A program made the position numbers and the translations under genes. Source: a virus. From it: a stretch of DNA of 64,000 bases. The stretch lies in the IMG/VR virus record IMGVR_UViG_3300029258_004576; one strand, 5' to 3'. This document shows positions 57,116 to 64,000 of the stretch, in pieces; within the stretch, counting starts at the first letter, position 1, and every line of letters starts with the position of its first letter. Below the pieces are notes generated by a model. The model saw only the letters and a list, made by a program, of their open reading frames with translations, was not told the origin of the DNA and did not search any database.

Positions 57116-57718
57116 CTATTCCTCCTCGTCCACCGATTTCAATAAATCTATGGCCTTAGTTCGAAGCCGTCCAAAGAAGGATGGCGCTATGCCCATTCTC
57201 CTCAAACTCGAATTGCTTGCTTCAGATAAACCCTTCAGCGTCATCTTTTTTTCGATCACGCTACCCGCATTCACCTCCGTTATTCCCGGAAAAACATCTA
57301 TCAATTCCTGGATAGAATATGCCTCTCCAATCGGAGGTGACTCCTTCTTCAAGCTCTTTTTGACTTCCTCTTCCAACGGCAACGGAGCTGGCGGTTTAGG
57401 TTTCTCCTTCTTGATCATCTCCGGACGTGGCTTCATGTCACCTTCGTTGGTCACATCAAACTGACTCGACATCACAACACCAAGATGCTTCGGTGGCTTG
57501 CTATGACGTTCCTTGGAAAACTCCTCTACCTGCCCCTTCTCTTCACCCTTGAGCTTATTGAACTCCACCTTGACAAGCTTTACGGGCTTCCCAGGGAAAG
57601 TGGTAGGATCGGCAAATATATCGAACTCCTCCCCGCATACTACCGTCGTATCATCGAGCAGCTTGCCCTGAATGGTGATGTTGCCCTTGATCTCTGGATT
57701 TTTCTTATAGAACTCCAT
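57116..57718 (-). CDS. Hypothetical protein with a C-terminal helix-hairpin-helix-like region
   Basis: Start MEFYKK chosen from the AGGAGGG RBS; FPGITEVNAG...LRRMGI pattern. Confidence 0.55.
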   Translation of the reverse strand: MEFYKKNPEIKGNITIQGKLLDDTTVVCGEEFDIFADPTTFPGKPVKLVKVEFNKLKGEEKGQVEEFSKERHSKPPKHLGVVMSSQFDVTNEGDMKPRPEMIKKEKPKPPAPLPLEEEVKKSLKKESPPIGEAYSIQELIDVFPGITEVNAGSVIEKKMTLKGLSEASNSSLRRMGIAPSFFGRLRTKAIDLLKSVDEEE

Positions 57719-57726
57719 GTTCCCTC

Positions 57727-58206
57727 CTACAGATTTTTTAGCTTGATCGCCTTGAACCATTCCTCATCATTTTTCCCCAACGCCTCCATCGCATCTATCT
57801 GCCAATCAGGAGGAGAATATCGAAAAGTCCTTGGACTTCGCCGTTTTTTCAAATGTCCAGCAAGCTGAACTCTGTACATCTCTGTCGCCTTTTTTATCAA
57901 CCACTGGTTTCCCGCCGTCCACCAATCTGTCTTCCCCTCCATCATGTTATCTGCCAACTCAATCGCCTCAACCTTCCCCTTATGCTTCTCGAAATACGCC
58001 CGGATTTCCGACTGCTCGTCCGAATCAAGCTTTCCAAATAACTTATTGTCTTTCCCCTTGCTCATCCCAAGAATGTCCACCACTTTTCTTCTTCTTTTGC
58101 CCGGTAAGTTATCCCACCATGACGTCACACTCTTGGACTCAGCAAGACTCTCTTTTCTACCCAGTACAACTTCTCTCAGAACTTCACGAATTTCCCTCTG
58201 TAACAT
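57727..58206 (-). CDS. Two-module orphan with candidate cleavage sites
   Basis: TAAGGAG RBS; LAE-S and MME-G sites; N-terminal REVLREVVLG helix. Confidence 0.6.
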   Translation of the reverse strand: MLQREIREVLREVVLGRKESLAESKSVTSWWDNLPGKRRRKVVDILGMSKGKDNKLFGKLDSDEQSEIRAYFEKHKGKVEAIELADNMMEGKTDWWTAGNQWLIKKATEMYRVQLAGHLKKRRSPRTFRYSPPDWQIDAMEALGKNDEEWFKAIKLKNL

Positions 58207-58249
58207 AGTCCTCTCCTTACGTTACTGCTCTAAATCTGAAAACAAAGCC

Positions 58250-58342
58250 TGTAAAAAAAAACAAAAGAAAGACAAAAAAAAGCGGAGAAACATTCCTTAA
58301 AAGATGTCCGGGGTGAGTATCTTTCGCAGAATGTTTCTCCGC
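58250..58342 (-). terminator. Long intrinsic terminator after the capsid genes
   Basis: Perfect 14-bp inverted repeat (58282-58295 and 58329-58342), inner AAAGAT/ATCTTT pairing, followed on the minus strand by long U-runs. Confidence 0.8.
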
Positions 58343-58379
58343 ACGTATCCACATACTAGGAACTCCTGTGCGACAAATA

Positions 58380-58940
58380 TTACGCGGTAAATGTCACATC
58401 GTGTATTGAGCTTGAATCGACGATATATCCTGTGCCGACAATCCACGCCTTGAGATAAACCGTCTCATCCTCCGCGTCATCCACGGAACATGAAAATTCC
58501 CCAGCTGCATCCGGAGTACATTTGACGAGATTCGTCCCAGTTCCCGAATCAATCGTGCCAGTGACCGCTGTGCTCAACTGACCAGTCACAGCTGGTGTCT
58601 GACAATCTTCATCGTCAAACACACCCATGTACATCTGAGGTGCTACATTCGCAGCCGCCCCAGCCTCGGTCAAAATGTCGAATCCTACCGCTGCCAACGT
58701 TGCAGCACCACCAGCGGGATCAGCAGGAGACTTCATTACACACACTACCGGTGCACGATCATCTCCCTCAATCTCGACGTTCACTGCCACATCGTCATCC
58801 TGTACGCCTAACTGAAAAACAGCTTCCGTCACAGAACGACCAAGCATCTCGTGTTGTGACCCTGGCTCAACCGTCGTCCCATCTACACAGGACACTCTCT
58901 CGCCAGTGGTTGGTCTTTTGTTGATGACTGTTATTTTCAT
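58380..58940 (-). CDS. Putative capsid decoration or accessory protein
   Basis: Directly downstream of the MCP, with a GGAG RBS; beta-rich. Confidence 0.55.
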   Translation of the reverse strand: MKITVINKRPTTGERVSCVDGTTVEPGSQHEMLGRSVTEAVFQLGVQDDDVAVNVEIEGDDRAPVVCVMKSPADPAGGAATLAAVGFDILTEAGAAANVAPQMYMGVFDDEDCQTPAVTGQLSTAVTGTIDSGTGTNLVKCTPDAAGEFSCSVDDAEDETVYLKAWIVGTGYIVDSSSIHDVTFTA

Positions 58941-58972
58941 ATCTCACTCCTGTTTCGACTCAATCAAAACCT

Positions 58973-59017
58973 GAAACAAGAGACCATGAAATATTTCTAC
59001 CTCATGATCTCTGTCTC
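58973..59017 (-). promoter_or_regulatory. Stem-loop immediately downstream of the MCP stop
   Basis: Minus strand GAGACA-GAGATCATGA / TCATGGTCTC-T-TGTTTC, a ~16-bp stem with G-U pairs and one bulge. Confidence 0.6.
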
Positions 59018-59030
59018 AAGATCCTCGCTG

Positions 59031-60524
59031 CTATGGCAAGTTGGTTACCGTGATGATACCGAAGAACTTGTTGTTCACAAGCTTCTTCGCATACCTCGTC
59101 CTCATGCCCTTACGAATCGTGAAGTCTGCTGGGTCGAGGAAAGCAGCCGTCATCTCCAGTGGCACGTACGGCGCATATACCAGACCCGAATCGGTGAAGA
59201 GTGATCCCTTCAATCCAACCAGGATTTTCCCAGACGGGAAGTAAGGATCGATGATCACAGTCCACTTGTTCTGCAAGTAGCCCATGGGATACACACCGTA
59301 CCCAGTTGGAGCCTGCGGGAGAGCAAATGCTTGACGTCCTGTCACGCCCTTACCCTGCGGGATATTTGGAAGCTGGTCAAACACCCTCACGAGGTCGCCA
59401 TGGGTTGCCAACGCACCAAAGATGGGTTGGACACTGGGTCCAATAACCAGGAAGTTTCCTGGCCCTCTGTGGGTCGCTGTGTTGATGCCTCCGGAAACCT
59501 TCTCGATCACGGTCATGATGTTGCGGAAATGATCCGCCTGATTGCGACCAGGGGGTACCGCTGCATCGAAGGTGTCGGTGTTGGTAGTCCCAGAAGCATA
59601 CGCCCGGTTGATCAGCTCGCGATCAATCCCCAGCGCGATCTCAGACGCCACTCCTTGGGTCAGCTCGGGCTCAATATCCATATTGAGCACTGCCCGCATG
59701 TCGTCAGCAGCTTCACTACTCCACATCACCTTGAGCTTACGGCTGTAAGCTTTGATGGCTTCCAGTTGGATGTCGATGTTGACTTGAGGTACGTTCGCAG
59801 CCACTCCCTCCATCGAGTAGTAGTAGTTGGCGATCACGGTGGTTACATCCTCGTCAAAGGTGATGTCATAAACACCAGTTGCCAAAGTGATCGTCGAAGG
59901 TGCCCCGATGTCACCAGCCAACGTGCCAGAACCGTCTGCGTCGTAGATCCTCTTCTCAGATCCATCGCTCACAGCTGTCGCCAGGAATTCTATCCCTACC
60001 TGACCCAGACCGTACGCCTTGACCGCGCTCCAATCCGTGGTGCCAGTGAAGTTGTCCCCAGGGCCAGCACCAATCGTCTCAGCTGCGACGTACTCCGAGG
60101 AGTAGTTCGGATCGAAGTTGTCGATCATGTCGTCGCCAGCGGTGATGGTACCCTTGGTGGTGCCATACTTGTAATCCCAATAGAAGATACCTCCAATGGG
60201 AGAATTCATCGGCTGAATCGAGAACAGACCGTTTGCAATCAAGTTCGACCACACCTTGCGGATGACGGGGAATACAAACTTGACGAGATCGGGGATGTTC
60301 GAAGCGAGTGTGCTCTCAGAGAGATACTTCTGCTTCAACGTCCCCAGATGATTCATCTGGTTCTCGTACAAACACGCCATGCATCGACGGGTCCAGCTGT
60401 CGTCAATCTCCTCCAACATTCCAGCCCATTTGGCCTGGAGCGCCACGTTGACATCTTCGTCCAGGATCGTTCCCACGCTGTTCTCTTTTGCATCGCTGTT
60501 CAAAAAATCTCTTGCTTCATTCAT
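59031..60524 (-). CDS. gp23: Major capsid protein (T4 gp23 family)
   Basis: FPVIRKV...SIQPMNSPIGGIFYWDY, SRKLKVMWSSEAADD, EIALGIDRE, GLVYAPYVPL...KGMRTRY; predicted propeptide ends YLSE70. Confidence 0.97.
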   Translation of the reverse strand: MNEARDFLNSDAKENSVGTILDEDVNVALQAKWAGMLEEIDDSWTRRCMACLYENQMNHLGTLKQKYLSESTLASNIPDLVKFVFPVIRKVWSNLIANGLFSIQPMNSPIGGIFYWDYKYGTTKGTITAGDDMIDNFDPNYSSEYVAAETIGAGPGDNFTGTTDWSAVKAYGLGQVGIEFLATAVSDGSEKRIYDADGSGTLAGDIGAPSTITLATGVYDITFDEDVTTVIANYYYSMEGVAANVPQVNIDIQLEAIKAYSRKLKVMWSSEAADDMRAVLNMDIEPELTQGVASEIALGIDRELINRAYASGTTNTDTFDAAVPPGRNQADHFRNIMTVIEKVSGGINTATHRGPGNFLVIGPSVQPIFGALATHGDLVRVFDQLPNIPQGKGVTGRQAFALPQAPTGYGVYPMGYLQNKWTVIIDPYFPSGKILVGLKGSLFTDSGLVYAPYVPLEMTAAFLDPADFTIRKGMRTRYAKKLVNNKFFGIITVTNLP

Positions 60525-60581
60525 TTTTCTTCGTCCTTCCAGAATTTTAGTTCACAGATACCTCTTATTCAGAAGCCCCTG

Positions 60582-62126
60582 TTAATTCCCAGTTTTCCTC
60601 TCAGCAGAAATTCCTGACCGTTTCTGCAACTCCGACATCGGAACGCCCATGACCGTGACGTCTTCTTCTATCGACACCCTTAGATCATCGTCACTATCCA
60701 AATGCCTTGGCCTGCTACTGATTATCTGACTTCGAATTTCCTCGAACTCTCTCGATGGAGGGTTGTCAGCCTTGAACGATTCGACCAGCTTGTCCACACC
60801 CTCTTTGTTGCTCGGTTGCACCGAATCAATGTGCTCGCGCAACCTCGAAGCCTGTGGACTACCTGATATTTTCCGCTCAATGTAAGCCCGAATACCAAAT
60901 TGCTTGCTAATGGCCAAAGCTTTATCTCGTTGTTCCGTAACGAGATTAACCTTCTTCTCCAACTGAGCAATCCTGTCTTCAAACTCCTCTTTGACATCGT
61001 CTCCCTCGGCAAGAGCAGTAGATATTTCTTCTACCCTGCCTGCAAGATCGTCAAGTGTCTCAAAGTCTGTGACATCACCCAACATCTCGATAATCTGATC
61101 AGCTCGCTCATTGTCCCTAAGCTCTCGCTCCAGGTGCAGATGATAGCCAAATTCCTTGGCAATAACAGACAGCTCCTCAGCTTCCTGCCTTACCTCAGCT
61201 ATCTCCTCGTCCTGCTCGGCAATCTTGCGCTCTAATTCCTGATTGTGAGCCTTGAGTTTTGTCACTTCGTGATTCGTGTCTTCCGACAAAATGAAGGGAG
61301 TCACGATCCTCTTGATCTCCTCCAAGGCAAGGGATGAGCCTGCCACTTCGGGATCCTCTAGCAATTGGCCACGAGCCACTTCAACAGCTTCCTCCCGGAT
61401 GGATTCTCCCTCTGACCGAAGCCGTTCTTCAAATTCCTCGCGCAATGCCTCCCGCGCATGGGTCCGTGCATCTGACTCAATCTCTTTCGTCAGTTCCTCT
61501 ACCAGCTCGGGGTGTTCTTCTTTTAATTTTCCCAGATCCATCATCTCTGTATTCTCCTTATGCTCCACCACAAAATCAGGGTGGGCACCAGCGTTTGCCG
61601 GATCAGCTACGATGTCCCAGGTGACCAACTTGTAGTCCTCCTGGACGACATCATTCCCTTTGTTGTCAGTAGCCGTTGTTCCAAAACCTCGACTACTCAC
61701 ACCCAATTTGCCACCTGCTTTCGCAATCGCAAGGGCCTGATCTCCGTTGACGGTGCCAGGGATGAACTCAATCACACCTTTTATTTCACCGTCCTCTGCG
61801 ATAGCCGCCTCGGTCACAAAATGACTCACACGAGCAAGTTTTGTCTTCCCGTCTCCGGGATGATCCAACTCACCAAACACCTTGCGACCTTGCATATCCT
61901 CACTCAAACGATTGATTTCTCTCACCATGAGTTTACGAGGATAAAGACGTTTATTCGCTGTAGCCTGATCCGTTAGCCCTAACCTGCCCTTGAGGTATGG
62001 ACGCTTGCCTTCGCCTTCACCTTCATGCAAATCTTCGGGTGAAAACTCCAACACAACAACGTCTTCAAGGAGATCCTTCCCCTCGGGGATTTCAACTTCT
62101 TGGATCTGGAGTACTTTTCTCTTCAT
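60582..62126 (-). CDS. gp21: Prohead maturation protease (T4 gp21 family) fused to a C-terminal scaffold
   Basis: N.RLYP, GELDHP (His), GVSSRGFG (Ser), WDIVADPA (Asp), then ~320 aa of acidic coiled coil. Confidence 0.92.
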   Translation of the reverse strand: MKRKVLQIQEVEIPEGKDLLEDVVVLEFSPEDLHEGEGEGKRPYLKGRLGLTDQATANKRLYPRKLMVREINRLSEDMQGRKVFGELDHPGDGKTKLARVSHFVTEAAIAEDGEIKGVIEFIPGTVNGDQALAIAKAGGKLGVSSRGFGTTATDNKGNDVVQEDYKLVTWDIVADPANAGAHPDFVVEHKENTEMMDLGKLKEEHPELVEELTKEIESDARTHAREALREEFEERLRSEGESIREEAVEVARGQLLEDPEVAGSSLALEEIKRIVTPFILSEDTNHEVTKLKAHNQELERKIAEQDEEIAEVRQEAEELSVIAKEFGYHLHLERELRDNERADQIIEMLGDVTDFETLDDLAGRVEEISTALAEGDDVKEEFEDRIAQLEKKVNLVTEQRDKALAISKQFGIRAYIERKISGSPQASRLREHIDSVQPSNKEGVDKLVESFKADNPPSREFEEIRSQIISSRPRHLDSDDDLRVSIEEDVTVMGVPMSELQKRSGISAERKTGN

Positions 62127-62151
62127 TTACTTTTTGGTTCCCAGCTACCCT

Positions 62152-63297
62152 CTAGCCAGCTGCCCGCTTGCCAGCCCGCTTGCCAGTACTCTTCCTCTTC
62201 GCTTTGCCCTTGGCATACTTCAGAGCCTGACCAGGTGCTACCTTGCCACCCTTGACTTGAGCCAAATACCCAAGAAGAGCTTCCTTATTCTTTACATCTT
62301 TTCGCATCGCTATCTGCTTCTTTGCAGCACCTTTGCCATGCGCCATTGCCCAAGCTGACTTGCCAGCTTTGGTGACCGTACCCTTTGGATTCAGCATCTT
62401 ACGCTTTTTCAAAGGTGGTCGACGCTCTTGAAGATACATGTTTTCCCGTATCCCCTCAGCCGCCTCGTGAAAAGGATTGCCTACACCTTCCTCGAAGTCT
62501 TCCTCTTCCTCTTCATCCTCGAAGTCGTCTTCATCCTCGAAGTCGTCCTCTTCTTCCTCTTCGTCGTCCTCTTCGAGCAGACCATACTCCTCCCACAGAT
62601 CTCCGACATGCTCCATGGCGTCAGCCAATGTGGCTTCCAACATTTCGTCTTCGTCCATATCGAGCACTCCGCCCATGTCTTCCATCTGCTTGAGAATCGC
62701 TTCTGCATTCAAAGAGAGTTCAAGAATCTTAGAAGCCGCTTCATTGTCCTCATCCATCACCTTTATCGCTGCCATCTCACCCAGGTCAGCAATATGGTTG
62801 AAAGCTTCCACGAACTCGTCAAAACGAGATACAGGATCTCGCTCGATGGATTCTGCCAGCACACCCAGCTCGTCCATCAGCCCCTCGTGCATCGAAGAAA
62901 ACCCGTCGACGTCCACATCAGACACCACACGACGAGTTCTCGCACCACCCTTGGACATACTGGCCAGTTTTTTCTGACGACGTTTGTAAGCACCTGTCTT
63001 GCGCTTCTGCTTCATCGCCCTCTTGATTTTTTGCTTATTCCGTTTGTAAGCCTGTCTGGCCTTCTGTCTCGACTTCGCAGTCCCCTTCTTGAGCCGAACA
63101 ACCCGCTCGTCCAGCTCTTCAGAATCCTCGTCGTCTACCATGTCGCTCAGGTAGACATCTCCCTCGAAGTCATCTTCCGATTCCTCCTCCTCAAAACCCG
63201 CCTCTTCCTGTTCACATACCACGTCCAGTGACTCACGGATTTCCTTGGAAGAAAGACCCATGCTTTGGAAGTCTTCTTCGAGTCGTCGTACTCTCAT
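62152..63297 (-). CDS. Prohead core protein (gp67/gp68-like acidic and basic blocks)
   Basis: Alternating poly-E/D and K/R blocks; ELDE-R and YLQE-R precede the basic blocks. Confidence 0.6.
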   Translation of the reverse strand: MRVRRLEEDFQSMGLSSKEIRESLDVVCEQEEAGFEEEESEDDFEGDVYLSDMVDDEDSEELDERVVRLKKGTAKSRQKARQAYKRNKQKIKRAMKQKRKTGAYKRRQKKLASMSKGGARTRRVVSDVDVDGFSSMHEGLMDELGVLAESIERDPVSRFDEFVEAFNHIADLGEMAAIKVMDEDNEAASKILELSLNAEAILKQMEDMGGVLDMDEDEMLEATLADAMEHVGDLWEEYGLLEEDDEEEEEDDFEDEDDFEDEEEEEDFEEGVGNPFHEAAEGIRENMYLQERRPPLKKRKMLNPKGTVTKAGKSAWAMAHGKGAAKKQIAMRKDVKNKEALLGYLAQVKGGKVAPGQALKYAKGKAKRKSTGKRAGKRAAG

Positions 63298-63318
63298 TTC
63301 GTCCTCCTCTGAATTTGT

Positions 63319-64000
63319 TTACTGTTTAAATTGAGCTGCTATTTTACGAACAAAACGACCGCCCAATTCCAACTCTTTGTATACCTTTGCTACTTCGTCA
63401 TGAACCAAAACCGAACAATCAACACAGTTTCCATGACTCTCCAGCACTGCCTCTGAAACAAAATTAGCAATCTCGGATAAATGGTCAATATAATCTGAAG
63501 TAAACGACTCAAACTGAGACATCACCTCATCTCGCTCATCATCTCTCATGTCCAAGGTCTGTTGCTGGTAATCTTCGTAAGCGATCTTTACTTGGTTTAA
63601 TCTCCGGAACAAACGTTGCTCCAAAACCATCAAACCCTCTATTACCTGCTTCAGAATATCATCCCCAACATCGTCTGCCTCAAGCATTTCCCCAAATACA
63701 GGCATGTCAATCTTGAGATCCCCAAACTCTGCATCCCAAGCAAACGAGCTGATATTCTCTTTGTTTTGTGCTAGACGATCTCTCCAAACCTTGCCACCTG
63801 ACAACAATACAGAAAGAGCCTGTTGCGTCTTCTCAAGCAATGATTCCTTATGAGACTTGCGCAAATTGATAACACCACGCAACCCTTCAGACAGAGAACC
63901 ACCTTGAAAAAATCCCTCGACCCCCTTGGTCACAACATCAGACTCGCTCAACACCTCGACGTCCAAAGGCTCCGGATGCTTCAGCTCAACCAAGCCGTCC
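63319..64000 (-). CDS. Hypothetical helical head-assembly protein, probably 5'-truncated by the window
   Basis: Reading frame is open to the window edge; VLSE-S and LSE-G sites. Confidence 0.55.
   Translation of the reverse strand, partial: DGLVELKHPEPLDVEVLSESDVVTKGVEGFFQGGSLSEGLRGVINLRKSHKESLLEKTQQALSVLLSGGKVWRDRLAQNKENISSFAWDAEFGDLKIDMPVFGEMLEADDVGDDILKQVIEGLMVLEQRLFRRLNQVKIAYEDYQQQTLDMRDDERDEVMSQFESFTSDYIDHLSEIANFVSEAVLESHGNCVDCSVLVHDEVAKVYKELELGGRFVRKIAAQFKQ

Noticed and set aside
59331-60617. 428-aa plus-strand ORF
   Set aside because: It lies antisense to the MCP; codon bias on the coding strand explains the lack of stops, and it has no recognisable motifs.
62477-62977. Ser-rich plus-strand ORF
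   Set aside because: It is the antisense mirror of the poly-Glu/Asp tract in 62152..63297.
1-64000. tRNA, rRNA, terminase, portal, integrase or transposase genes
   Set aside because: No supporting motifs were seen; packaging genes probably lie beyond the high-coordinate edge.

Overview
This window is a continuous minus-strand virion morphogenesis operon of a large myovirus-type phage with T4-like head genes and an eCIS-like contractile tail. Nearly all plus-strand ORFs are antisense shadows. Reading in transcription order (high to low coordinates): prohead core/scaffold genes, a gp21-like prohead protease fused to a scaffold, a gp23-like major capsid protein, neck gp13, a ~10 kb cluster of small basic orphan genes, neck gp14, tail completion genes, sheath, two tubes, a frameshifted chaperone, tape measure, baseplate genes, several fibre genes with a sulfotransferase among them, putative lysis genes, and a distal cluster of paralogous accessory genes. 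The most notable feature is the cluster between gp13 and gp14. Unrelated proteins there share a leader [LF]-R-x-R-x-Y-[LIVF]-x-E, and a 1060-aa ORF is built from about 11 unrelated 60-170 aa modules joined by repeated EDVELDE linkers. Both motifs end in the (L/I)-x-E site cut by T4 gp21-type proteases. I infer a capsid-packaged cargo system in which a polyprotein and tagged proteins are cut by the prohead protease and ejected with the DNA. No database searches were run; family calls come from motif recognition.
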